Below, in pieces: positions 40,228-50,088 of a stretch of 64,000 nt of DNA (within the stretch, counting starts at the first letter, position 1; each line of letters begins with the position of its first letter). A program made the position numbers and the translations under genes. Source of the stretch: Trichormus sp. ATA11-4-KO1 (GTDB lineage Bacteria > Cyanobacteriota > Cyanobacteriia > Cyanobacteriales > Nostocaceae); contig JAHHIM010000065.1 in assembly GCA_019358915.1 (NCBI GenBank), positions 288,001 through 352,000 of the forward strand, given 5' to 3'. The notes beneath the pieces were generated by a model that was given only the letters and a program-made list of their open reading frames with translations, made no database searches and was not told the origin of the DNA.

Positions 40228-41277
40228 TTATGATGGCTCATCTCTGGAATATGGGAGTCGGCGGCGGGCAGATGCGATCGCTTCTTGCAGTTTAGCTTGT
40301 AACAACTCTTTAGGTGGTAATACGGTGAGGTATTCGGCGACATGGATGCCGCTTTTATCTAGTTCTAGCAATTCGATTTGCTCTTGTTTTTTACCTGCAC
40401 ATAAGATGATTCCCAGTGGTGGCTGTTCATCAGGCTCTTGGTCGTATTTGGCAAGCCAGCGCAGGTAAAGTTCCATTTGTCCTTTATATTCGGGTTGGAA
40501 GCTACCTAGTTTGAGGTCAATAGCTACAAGGCGTTTGAGTTTGCGGTTATAAAACAGCAGGTCAATATAAAAGTCGTCGTTGTCGATTTGTAGGCGTTTT
40601 TGACGAGCGACAAAAGTAAAGCCTGCACCAAGTTCTAGTAAGAATTTTTCGATTTCCCGCAGGATGGCATCTTCGAGGTCTTTTTCGAGATAGCGATCGC
40701 TTAAATCCAGAAAATCTAGAATGTAGGGGTCTTTTAGCAACAGGTCAGGTGATACTTGTTGATCTTGGCGCAATTGCTCTAGATCGTGGCGAATGGTTTC
40801 TTCTGGTTTGCGGGATAGGGCAGTGCGCTCGAATAGCATGGAGTTGATGCGTTCTTGCAGTTGACGGGATGACCAACCCTCTAAACAGCAAATTTCGATG
40901 TAAAAGTCGCGTTTTAGAGGTTCATCAATATACATTAGAGTTTTGATATGCGTCCAACTCAATTCTCTCCGCAGTGTGGAGAGAATCTGCTCATCAGCAA
41001 AGGTTCCGGCAAAATGTAGACAATGCCGTAGTTGTTTTTCGCTCCAGCCTTTACCATAAGTTTGGGTTAGCTGCTGGGATAAAGAAAGGATAATTTGTTT
41101 GCCATATTCAGCGCGTTGATTTTGTAGGATTTCGGTTTGGATGCGTTTACCAACTTGCCAATAGAGCAGGGTTATTTCTGCATTGATGGCAACGGCGGCG
41201 CGTTGTTTAGCAGCATCAATAAACTGTCTGATTTCTTGAAATAGGCGATCGCTCTGTTGAGGCAGATCATTGCTCAT
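40228..41277 (-). CDS. DUF1016 / YhcG PD-(D/E)xK nuclease-domain protein
   Basis: LYWQVG, LSWTH, KDPYILDFL, IDLLFY..IDLK and GQMELYL motifs. Confidence 0.92.
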   Translation of the reverse strand: MSNDLPQQSDRLFQEIRQFIDAAKQRAAVAINAEITLLYWQVGKRIQTEILQNQRAEYGKQIILSLSQQLTQTYGKGWSEKQLRHCLHFAGTFADEQILSTLRRELSWTHIKTLMYIDEPLKRDFYIEICCLEGWSSRQLQERINSMLFERTALSRKPEETIRHDLEQLRQDQQVSPDLLLKDPYILDFLDLSDRYLEKDLEDAILREIEKFLLELGAGFTFVARQKRLQIDNDDFYIDLLFYNRKLKRLVAIDLKLGSFQPEYKGQMELYLRWLAKYDQEPDEQPPLGIILCAGKKQEQIELLELDKSGIHVAEYLTVLPPKELLQAKLQEAIASARRRLPYSRDEPS

Positions 41278-41924
41278 GCGGCAATTCCCTCGTTAGCGGT
41301 TTTCGTCACCTGGTTAGCGGTGTCTGCGGTGAGTTCGCCAGTAAAGGCTTTTTGCAGGATGGATTGTTTGAGTTCGTTGAGGGCGGCGATTTTTTGGCGG
41401 AAGATGGTTTCGAGGTGTTGGGTTTCAAATGATAATTCTTCTAATTGACAAGCAATTATTTTTTGTGTTTTCACATCAGGAAATGGAAATCTTTGATTAG
41501 CAAATGTGCCAATGTTAATATTATCTCGCGCAGTTCCCTTTCCCTTTTCTTTTAACTCTGCCTTAAAAGATTGGAGAAGATACTCTACATAATCACTATC
41601 TGCAACTTCATTATTGACGATAATGCCAATAACGCTATCTGGAAAGCAGGCATCAAAATTGAGAATAGCTGTCTCAGCAACGTTAGCTCCAACAATTGCA
41701 ATACAGACTGTTCCTTGAGGCCAAATTGCACTCTGTGCTAGTCCTAATTCATTTTTAAAGATTTCTCCCTGAGCAACTTCACCACTTAAAAGCCAAGGAA
41801 TCTGCCCACCTTCATAATATTCTTTCTTAGATTTTAAGGGTGTACCACCTGCACCGGTCTTGCATACTTCTCCAATGCACTTAACTTCCCATCCCACTGG
41901 CAACTGTTCACTGTCCACTGTCAA
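41274..41924 (-). CDS. hsdS: Type I specificity subunit, half-size (one hybrid TRD); possibly a pseudogene
   Basis: LPVGWEV, GGTP, IPW at the N-terminus and LKQSILQKAFTGEL at the C-terminus, but only 216 aa. Confidence 0.85.
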   Translation of the reverse strand: MTVDSEQLPVGWEVKCIGEVCKTGAGGTPLKSKKEYYEGGQIPWLLSGEVAQGEIFKNELGLAQSAIWPQGTVCIAIVGANVAETAILNFDACFPDSVIGIIVNNEVADSDYVEYLLQSFKAELKEKGKGTARDNINIGTFANQRFPFPDVKTQKIIACQLEELSFETQHLETIFRQKIAALNELKQSILQKAFTGELTADTANQVTKTANEGIAA

Positions 41925-43444
41925 CTCTCCACTGTCAATTGCATAATTCCCGCCAAAATCTCAGCACTCTCTGCATCTAACACAGCAATTTCATCTAAAA
42001 TTTCCTGCGGTTCTCGTAACGTCGATTCCTCGGCTTTATTTGGATTCTTCACCGACAAATCAAACGCCTCCCGATCCACATCAGCAATATCCACCAGCCA
42101 AGACTTTTCCGACTCTGCAAACCTAGCCTGTAACTCCACAAACTCCCGCAAATCCTCATCATTCAGCGCATTTGTTTTCCCCAAACTACGCCCTGGATCG
42201 AGTTGGTAATACCAAATTTTCTGAGTCGCCATTCCCTGAGTTAAAGGTTTTCCCTGAGAAAATAAAGGCGTTCCCTGAACGGCATCAAAGGGCTTTCCTT
42301 TCTCAAAAAACAGCACCACTGTTTTCACCCCCGCACCGATAAAAGTCCCACTCGGACAATCCAAAATCGTGTGCAGATTGCAACTACTCAAAAGTTCTTG
42401 ACGCAACGCCCGCGAAGCATTGTCCGAATTTGACAGGAAGGTATTTTTAATTACCACTGCCGCCCTACTGCCCATCTTCAGGATTTTGATGAAATGCTGC
42501 AAAAACAGAAACGCTGTTTCCCCTGTCTTAATCGGGAAATTCTGCTGTACTTCCTTGCGTTCCTTCCCCCCAAACGGCGGATTAGCCAAGATGACATCAA
42601 AGCGATTCTTGTCTTGAATATCACTGAGATTTTCTGTCAGCGTGTTGGTGTGGATAATATTCGGCGCATCAATGCCATGCAAAATCATATTCATGATGGC
42701 AATCACATACGCCAAACTTTTCTTTTCTTTACCCGTAAACGTATGTTTTTGCAGAATCTCAAGTTCTTTTGTTGTCAGCTTACCCCGACGTAAATAGTCG
42801 TAACTCTCACACAAAAACCCAGCCGAACCACAAGCACCATCATAAATGCGATCGCCAATTTTCGGCTTCACCACCTGAATGATTGCCCGAATCAACGGAC
42901 GCGGTGTGTAATACTCACCCCCATTGCGTCCTGCATTACCCATATTTTTGATTTTCGCTTCATAGAGATGCGATAGCTCGTGTTTCTCCTGTTGCGATCT
43001 AAACCGTAGCTCATCAATATATTCCAGTGCATCCCGCAAGCTGTAGCCGCTTTGAAACCTGTTTTTAATCTCGCTAAAAATTTCCCCAATCTTGTATTCG
43101 ATTGTGTCTGGACTAGTAGCCCGTTGCTTGAAACTCTGTAAATATGGGAATAACTTGCGGTTGACATAATCAATCAAATCATCGCCAATCAGCGCATTAT
43201 CATGATCCAATGTACCATCCGCTTTTTTCGGTGCTGCCCAAGATGACCAGCGATGCGCCTCATCAATAATAAATTCGTATGGCTTGCCAACTAGCTCCGC
43301 CTCTAACGCCCTTTCCTGCTCCAAATCATCCAAATACTTCAGAAACAGCAGCCAAGAGGTTTGCTCCGTGTAATCTAACTCTGTAGTACAACCCGCCTCT
43401 TTCCAGAGAACATCATCAATATTTTTAAAAGTCTGCTCGAACAT
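41921..43444 (-). CDS. hsdM: Type I m6A methyltransferase subunit M
   Basis: GEYYTPR, DGACGSAGFL and ANPPF motifs. Confidence 0.96.
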   Translation of the reverse strand: MFEQTFKNIDDVLWKEAGCTTELDYTEQTSWLLFLKYLDDLEQERALEAELVGKPYEFIIDEAHRWSSWAAPKKADGTLDHDNALIGDDLIDYVNRKLFPYLQSFKQRATSPDTIEYKIGEIFSEIKNRFQSGYSLRDALEYIDELRFRSQQEKHELSHLYEAKIKNMGNAGRNGGEYYTPRPLIRAIIQVVKPKIGDRIYDGACGSAGFLCESYDYLRRGKLTTKELEILQKHTFTGKEKKSLAYVIAIMNMILHGIDAPNIIHTNTLTENLSDIQDKNRFDVILANPPFGGKERKEVQQNFPIKTGETAFLFLQHFIKILKMGSRAAVVIKNTFLSNSDNASRALRQELLSSCNLHTILDCPSGTFIGAGVKTVVLFFEKGKPFDAVQGTPLFSQGKPLTQGMATQKIWYYQLDPGRSLGKTNALNDEDLREFVELQARFAESEKSWLVDIADVDREAFDLSVKNPNKAEESTLREPQEILDEIAVLDAESAEILAGIMQLTVES

Positions 43445-43845
43445 TTAGCTTTACTGTGGAATTTTTAATATTAACGGCTTGACTCCTATATTGCATCTAC
43501 AAAATTCAATGAGCATATGATTCTTTGAGTGCTAAATCACGGTTAAAAACTGTATATAGTTACTTCAGTATAAGACTCCCAGGTCTAGATTGAATTTCCC
43601 CATTTATGTAGGTGTAACTCGGTTTTATCACAAAGACTAAAGACTGTCAGGATGTTTATTATACAACTATTTCAGCAGTTTTAACCATAACCCTTTAACT
43701 CCCCTGCGCCTCTCCACCAGCAAAGAAATCTTTTTTCGCAACCAATTTCTAATCGCCTGCTCCAAAGCCGCAGTCTGCGTCTCCAACAGCGTCACTAATT
43801 TGCGAACTGCGACATTTAATATGCAAATGTACAACAACGAAAAAA

Positions 43846-43919
43846 TCGGGATGACTGGATTCGAACCAGCGGCCCCTTCGTCCCGAACGAAGTGCGCTAC
43901 CAAGCTGCGCTACATCCCG
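43846..43919 (-). tRNA. tRNA-Pro (anticodon CGG)
   Basis: CGGGATGTAGCGCAGCTTGGTAGCGCACTTCGTTCGGGACGAAGGGGCCGCTGGTTCGAATCCAGTCATCCCGA cloverleaf. Confidence 0.97.
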
Positions 43920-44069
43920 TTAAAATTAAGCAAAAGCTATCCATAGCATATCACAACGTATTGGGAAACTATAAAAATAAATCTGTTGTATATAGATAAC
44001 TTAATCTCCTCACCAAGAGCTTTGCTTGCTAGGATTAGATTTGTATATCTTCAGTGGTAAAAGCGGATT

Positions 44070-44939
44070 GTGACTGTTAAACCAGACTGGTTGCGAGTAA
44101 AAGCGCCTCAGTGGGAGCGCGTTGGTAACGTTAAAGAAATTTTGCGGGATTTAGCACTCAATACGGTTTGCGAGGAAGCGTCTTGTCCGAACATTGGTGA
44201 ATGCTTTCAAGCTGGGACTGCCACATTTTTGATTATGGGCCCCGCTTGTACGCGTGCCTGTCCTTACTGTGACATTGACTTTGAGAAAAAACCCCAACCT
44301 CTAGACCCTACGGAACCAGCACGATTGGCAGAAGCTGTGCGCCGGATGAAACTCAATCATGTAGTAATTACTTCTGTCAACCGAGATGACTTGCCAGATG
44401 GTGGTAGTTCTCAGTTTGTCCGGTGTATTGAAGCAGTTCGTAGTATCTCGCCTCAAACCACAATTGAGGTACTTATTCCTGACTTGTGCGGTAATTGGAA
44501 TGCATTAGAAACCATTCTCCAAGCTGCGCCAGAGGTGTTAAACCATAACACAGAAACGATTCCACGTTTATATAGACGGGTGCGTCCCCAAGGAAACTAC
44601 GATCGCACAATAGAATTACTCCAGCGAGCGCGTCAAATTGCCCCTAAGATATACACTAAATCCGGTATCATGGTTGGGCTGGGTGAAACTGACGCAGAAA
44701 TCCGCCAAGTTATGCAAGACTTACGAGCAGTAGACTGCGACATTTTAACAATTGGGCAATATCTCCAACCCAGTCAAAAGCACCTGCAAGTCAAAGACTT
44801 TATCACCCCAGAACAATTTGCGGCTTGGCAGGTATTCGGCGAAGAAATCGGATTTTTACAAGTTGTTTCCTCACCATTAACTCGCAGCTCATATCATGCT
44901 GAACAAGTGAGAGAATTAATGCAACGTTACCCACGTTAG
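44070..44939 (+). CDS. lipA: Lipoyl synthase
   Basis: [12 protein letters not shown] and CTRACPYC motifs; RSSY. Confidence 0.97.
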   Translation: MTVKPDWLRVKAPQWERVGNVKEILRDLALNTVCEEASCPNIGECFQAGTATFLIMGPACTRACPYCDIDFEKKPQPLDPTEPARLAEAVRRMKLNHVVITSVNRDDLPDGGSSQFVRCIEAVRSISPQTTIEVLIPDLCGNWNALETILQAAPEVLNHNTETIPRLYRRVRPQGNYDRTIELLQRARQIAPKIYTKSGIMVGLGETDAEIRQVMQDLRAVDCDILTIGQYLQPSQKHLQVKDFITPEQFAAWQVFGEEIGFLQVVSSPLTRSSYHAEQVRELMQRYPR

Positions 44940-45047
44940 GGATTTTGGGGAAGATGAGGGAAATAAGAGAGTGAAGAAGAAATTTTCCTGTTCCCTGTTC
45001 CCTGTTCCCTGTTCCCTTAATACTCTTTTGAGTGGTGATAGATAGCG

Positions 45048-45974
45048 GTGCAAGAAACTACCATAGCAATTCTTGGTGCAGGTGCTTGGGGTGTAGCTTT
45101 AGCAGATTTGGCGACTGCAAACGGTCATCAGGTGCGCTTGTGGTCGCGTCGGGGGTCAAAAACTTTAGAAGCAGTTTTACAAGATGCTCAAATAGTCTTG
45201 TCTGCTATTTCCATGAAGGGAGTCAGAGATGTAGCCTCTCAAGTACAGTCTTTCCCTCTTTCTGCAAAAACAATTTTTATCACGGCGACCAAAGGCTTAG
45301 AACCAGAAACTACCTGTACACCATCGCAAATTTGGCAAACAGCATTTCCTAACCATGCAGTAGTTGTTTTATCTGGCCCCAATTTATCTCAAGAAATTCA
45401 ACAAGAACTACCAGCTGCAACGGTGGTAGCTAGCAATGATGAAGTTGCTGCTGAACTAGTGCAACTGGTATTTTCTTCCCATCGGTTTCGGGTATATACC
45501 AATCCTGACCCCATAGGAGTGGAACTAGGGGGAACATTAAAAAATATAATTGCGATCGCGGCTGGTGTTTGTGATGGCTTACATCTAGGAACCAATGCCA
45601 AAGCGGCTTTAGTTACCCGTGGACTAGCAGAAATTATTCGCATCGGCAATATCTGGGGCGCAAAGACGGAAACCTTTTATGGTTTATCGGGTCTAGGAGA
45701 TTTGTTAGCAACCTGCAATAGTCCCCTAAGTCGCAATTACCAAGTTGGTTACCAAATGGCCTATGGTAAAACTCTGACAGAAACTCTAGCAAATCTACAA
45801 GGAACTGCGGAAGGAGTCAACACTTGCCAAGTATTGGTAAAACGAGCCAAGCAGCAAAACATTGCTATCCCAATTACCGAGCAAGTGTATCACCTACTTC
45901 AAGGTGAAGTTACACCCCGGCAAGCACTAGAGGAACTGATGCTGCGAGATATCAAGCCAGAGTATAACTATTGA
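45048..45974 (+). CDS. gpsA: NAD(P)H-dependent glycerol-3-phosphate dehydrogenase
   Basis: GAGAWG, TKG, SGPN, LKN, GDL.ATC and SRN motifs. Confidence 0.95.
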   Translation: MQETTIAILGAGAWGVALADLATANGHQVRLWSRRGSKTLEAVLQDAQIVLSAISMKGVRDVASQVQSFPLSAKTIFITATKGLEPETTCTPSQIWQTAFPNHAVVVLSGPNLSQEIQQELPAATVVASNDEVAAELVQLVFSSHRFRVYTNPDPIGVELGGTLKNIIAIAAGVCDGLHLGTNAKAALVTRGLAEIIRIGNIWGAKTETFYGLSGLGDLLATCNSPLSRNYQVGYQMAYGKTLTETLANLQGTAEGVNTCQVLVKRAKQQNIAIPITEQVYHLLQGEVTPRQALEELMLRDIKPEYNY

Positions 45975-46602
45975 TTCAGTCGGAATATTTTCCGTGCTGA
46001 TTAATAAATATTGGTCTCTAGCTCCTTTTTCATCGGTTATCACAGTTTCCAGGTATCTTAAGACATAAACTGGTCATCAAATCCTGACACCAAGAGACTT
46101 TCACACCTGTAACCTCTAACCTGTTTCCTGTTCCCTACTTTATTGGTGTACGCAATTCATGACCACTACTAACTCATTCTTGATAACCTATTACCTCTAG
46201 TTATTCCTCAATAATCCTGAGAAAAAAATTAGTAAATCGTCAGGATATTACTTTCATCGTCATGTAGATATGACTATGCCGATGATAAACATAGTTTTTA
46301 CTGAAATATGTTTATACCAGTTCCTAACTTAACAGTGAATATCTATCAAGGTTGAAATGCTAACTAGGTAGTTCGTAATTTAAAGCCTATCTGTAGATGT
46401 AAATAGCTATTGTTTCAATCAAACGTTCAGCAGCCGAATAAGTTCGGTACTAGCGTTTGAAAAAAACTAGTAAAGTTTTTTTTGAAAAAAACTTTACTGG
46501 AAACCTCAACCGTGTTAGTTCATCTTGAATCACGGGAACAATAGCAACAGTTAATTAGCTGACCGTAATCTATTGTTACCTGGAGCCATTGAGACGATTC
46601 TT

Positions 46603-47853
46603 ATGCCAGCAACATCTTTTTACACAGATGCCGCCTATAATACCCAAAAGTCCCACCAGGCTTTGGACACAGAACTCACGGTTGATGACGGTGAGTTGTC
46701 GGCAGATGATATCCGAGAGTTGGAAATAGCTGCTGTTGACCCTGCTAACTTGGCTGGGAATACTAACCGTCGTAGTACAGACTTGGTACGTCTATACCTT
46801 CAGGAAATTGGACGAGTTCGGCTATTAGGGCGCGATGAAGAAGTTTCCGAAGCACAAAAAGTCCAACGCTATTTGAAGTTACGGAATGTGCTTGCCAATG
46901 CGGCCAAGCAAGGTGATGAAGTAGTCGCACCATATTTAACCTTAATTGAAGTTCAGGAGCGTTTAACATCTGAACTGGGACATCGGCCATCTTTGGAGAG
47001 ATGGGCTAATACTGCTGGTATTAATTTGCCGGATCTGAAACCTACCTTAGCCAATGGTAAACGTCGCTGGGCAGAAATTGCCAAATTAACAGTAGAAGAA
47101 CTGGAACAAGTGCAATCCCAAGGACTCCAGGCCAAAGAACACATGATCAAGGCGAATTTACGCTTGGTCGTGTCTGTTGCTAAAAAGTATCAAAATCGCG
47201 GGTTAGAATTATTAGATTTAGTTCAAGAAGGCACTTTAGGCTTAGAACGCGCAGTAGAAAAGTTTGATCCAACCAAGGGATATCGCTTTAGTACCTACGC
47301 TTATTGGTGGATTCGTCAAGGAATTACCAGAGCGATCGCAACTTCTAGTCGCACAATCCGCCTACCTGTTCATATTACAGAAAAACTCAACAAAATTAAA
47401 AAAGCTCAACGCAAAATTGCTCAAGAAAAAGGTCGCACCCCTACCCTAGAAGACCTAGCAATTGAGTTAGAAATGACACCAACCCAAGTGCGGGAAGTAT
47501 TGCTGAGAGTACCACGTTCCGTGTCTTTGGAAACTAAAGTAGGTAAAGACAAAGACACTGAGTTAGGAGAATTACTCGAAACTGACAGTGTTACCCCAGA
47601 AGAAATGTTAATGCGAGAATCTTTACAAAGAGACTTGCACAGTCTGTTATCAGATTTAACTAGCCGTGAGCGTGATGTCATTCTCATGAGGTTTGGTTTA
47701 GCAGATGGTCATCCTTACTCGTTAGCAGAAATTGGCCGCGCTCTTGATTTGTCCAGGGAACGAGTACGTCAAATCGAATCCAAAGCTTTGCAAAAGCTAC
47801 GCCAACCCAAGCGACGCAACCTCATCCGCGACTATTTGGAGTCCTTAAGTTAG
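46603..47853 (+). CDS. sigC: Group 2 sigma factor SigC
   Basis: MPATSFY N-terminus, DLVRLYLQEIG and sigma70 regions 2-4; synteny with furA. Confidence 0.9.
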   Translation: MPATSFYTDAAYNTQKSHQALDTELTVDDGELSADDIRELEIAAVDPANLAGNTNRRSTDLVRLYLQEIGRVRLLGRDEEVSEAQKVQRYLKLRNVLANAAKQGDEVVAPYLTLIEVQERLTSELGHRPSLERWANTAGINLPDLKPTLANGKRRWAEIAKLTVEELEQVQSQGLQAKEHMIKANLRLVVSVAKKYQNRGLELLDLVQEGTLGLERAVEKFDPTKGYRFSTYAYWWIRQGITRAIATSSRTIRLPVHITEKLNKIKKAQRKIAQEKGRTPTLEDLAIELEMTPTQVREVLLRVPRSVSLETKVGKDKDTELGELLETDSVTPEEMLMRESLQRDLHSLLSDLTSRERDVILMRFGLADGHPYSLAEIGRALDLSRERVRQIESKALQKLRQPKRRNLIRDYLESLS

Positions 47854-48292
47854 TCATGAGTCAGTTGTCAGTTGGTAGGGGTAAAGCATTGCTACACCTC
47901 TACTGGCAAATGGCCGAAATATGACTAATTCGTCATAGGGCATCGACTGCTGATAAAAGCAGGACAATAACAAACTTGCAAGCCTATTTTCTATTCCCTG
48001 TTTCTGTTCCCTGCTATACAAGCTTCTACGAATTATCACGATATGATCCCCACTTGCCAACCTGCTGAGGCTTGTATGGCGAATAATTTGCATTTAATTA
48101 TACTAGTTCTTTCCCAGGCATTTTTGCCAAATGTATGGAGAGTAGGGATTGCTCGTTACTTGATTTCTTGTCAAGTTTTGATGAATTATTTTTGAGCATT
48201 TAGTAAAGTTTCGCAATAAGCTATGATTGTTGCAAATTGCTCTAAAAATTTGTTATATTCTCAACTAATAGGCTTTGTTGAGAAAAATTAGT

Positions 48293-48748
48293 ATGACTGT
48301 TTACACAACTACTTCACTCAAGGCAGAACTAAATGAACGAGGCTGGCGTTTAACTCCCCAGCGCGAGACAATTCTACACATTTTTCAAGAACTTCCGCAA
48401 GGTGAACATCTGAGTGCAGAGGATCTTTATCATCGATTAGAAGGCGAAGGTGAAGGTATCAGTCTTTCAACTATTTATCGAACGTTGAAGTTGATGGCAC
48501 GCATGGGGATTTTGCGGGAATTAGAACTGGGAGAAGGACATAAGCATTACGAGATCAACCAACCCTACCCCCATCACCACCACCACCTAATTTGTGTTAA
48601 GTGCAACGCGACTATTGAGTTCAAAAACGACTCTATTTTAAAGATAGGGGCAAAAACTGCTCAAAAAGAAGGTTTTCACCTCCTTGACTGTCAAATGACA
48701 ATCCATGCAGTATGTCCCAAGTGCCAACGTTCACTGATGCCGTTGTAG
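48293..48748 (+). CDS. furA: Ferric uptake regulator FurA
   Basis: MTVYTTTSLKAELNERGWRLTPQR, His-rich HHHHHLIC and two CxxC motifs. Confidence 0.95.
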   Translation: MTVYTTTSLKAELNERGWRLTPQRETILHIFQELPQGEHLSAEDLYHRLEGEGEGISLSTIYRTLKLMARMGILRELELGEGHKHYEINQPYPHHHHHLICVKCNATIEFKNDSILKIGAKTAQKEGFHLLDCQMTIHAVCPKCQRSLMPL

Positions 48749-48852
48749 CACTTGGGTGAGATAACAAAGCGAAATGACTTAGATGATTAATTCGCTGTTA
48801 TCGGAGGTAAGCAAGCAGTTGGCAGATCAAACAGATAATATCTCGGCGGATG

Positions 48853-50070
48853 CTAAAAGCGTCCGCTTCTGATATCACTGAGACTGACCCCATAGAATTC
48901 CTGGGCTTGCTTAATCGCTTTTTTTGTATCATCTGCCATCACGCCGTTGAGATTGCCTTTATAAAAACCTTTTTCCCTGAGTCGTCTTTGGATTTCCAGG
49001 ACACTAAAATCACTCTTGGGAGCAGTATTAATTAAGTTATATAACTTACCTCTGGTTGTAGGTCCAGCAATACCACTAGCTGCCAAGTAATTAGCTGCCT
49101 GAAATCGACGTACAGCATCGGCAGTGTAGGAACCAAAGTAACCATTTGGTGTTCCTTTGAGGTATCCGGCGCGGATCAGATGTTCTTGCAGAACTCTGAC
49201 TGCTTCACCCCGGTGGCCCATCGTCAGGTGATCTCTATTAGCTGTTTGTCTGGTGGGAGGTGCTTCTCCACCAACACCAATGGGTGGTAACTTGCCTATT
49301 GTTGCTGGGCCGACAATCCCATCAACATCTAATTTGTAAGCTTCTTGGAACCGCTTGACAGCTTCTTCAGTAATTGGGCCAAATACCCCTGTGGCATTAC
49401 CAAAATAAAACCCCGCAACTCGCAGCCTTTGTTGTAAAACCTTGACATCTTCGCCTTCATCACCTCTGACAAGGAGGTTAGGATTACGGCGTTTAGTTTG
49501 AGTACCAATAGCACTAATTGTTGTAGTTGGTGCAGTGGCAGTACTGGTTCTGGGCGCTGGTCTACTGGTATTACTAGCAGTACTAGGTCTTGGAGGTTGT
49601 GTAGTGGTACTACTAACGGTAGGAACTTGTGTACTAGCAGTACTAGGTCTTGGAGGTTGATTACTTGCTTGTTGTGGGCGCCAGCTTTCTAATTTTTGCC
49701 GTGTGCTTACTCCGACAATGCCATCAACTGTTAAACCATTAGCTTGTTGGAAGCGCCGCACGGCTTCTTCTGTGGAGAAATCATAAACTTGTGTAATAGG
49801 AGCTTGATAAAATCCTGCTTGTTGTAACTTTTGTTGCAGATTCCTGACAGAAGGGCCTTGATCACCTCGTTCTAGTGCCAAAACGCTACTGACAGAACCA
49901 AGAATAGCTAAAGTGAGCGCTAGGGGTAACATGTGTTTCCACGCTCTACTAGAAAGACGCTTCCAGTCTGGTGCTGCGGCTGTGTTTAATAAATAACTCA
50001 GAGACACCAATTCAATGGAGGCGCTGTCTTCATAGGCATCAGCTAGGTGCAAATACGCAAGGTTGTCCAT
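48853..50070 (-). CDS. Peptidoglycan-binding-domain protein (Alr1690-like), convergent with furA
   Basis: Repeated G..G..V..LQ..L...AVRRFQ...DGIVG units; S/T/P linker containing a 28-bp duplication (49572-49599, 49632-49659). Confidence 0.9.
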   Translation of the reverse strand: MDNLAYLHLADAYEDSASIELVSLSYLLNTAAAPDWKRLSSRAWKHMLPLALTLAILGSVSSVLALERGDQGPSVRNLQQKLQQAGFYQAPITQVYDFSTEEAVRRFQQANGLTVDGIVGVSTRQKLESWRPQQASNQPPRPSTASTQVPTVSSTTTQPPRPSTASNTSRPAPRTSTATAPTTTISAIGTQTKRRNPNLLVRGDEGEDVKVLQQRLRVAGFYFGNATGVFGPITEEAVKRFQEAYKLDVDGIVGPATIGKLPPIGVGGEAPPTRQTANRDHLTMGHRGEAVRVLQEHLIRAGYLKGTPNGYFGSYTADAVRRFQAANYLAASGIAGPTTRGKLYNLINTAPKSDFSVLEIQRRLREKGFYKGNLNGVMADDTKKAIKQAQEFYGVSLSDIRSGRF

Positions 50071-50088
50071 ATCTGTTTCCTACACCAA

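Noticed and set aside
43667..43903. 78-aa ORF as an intact gene
   Set aside because: Its start lies inside tRNA-Pro; only the tail looks coding
46264..46277. NtcA-like GTAgatatgacTAT upstream of sigC
   Set aside because: Mismatched and lacks a properly spaced -10 box
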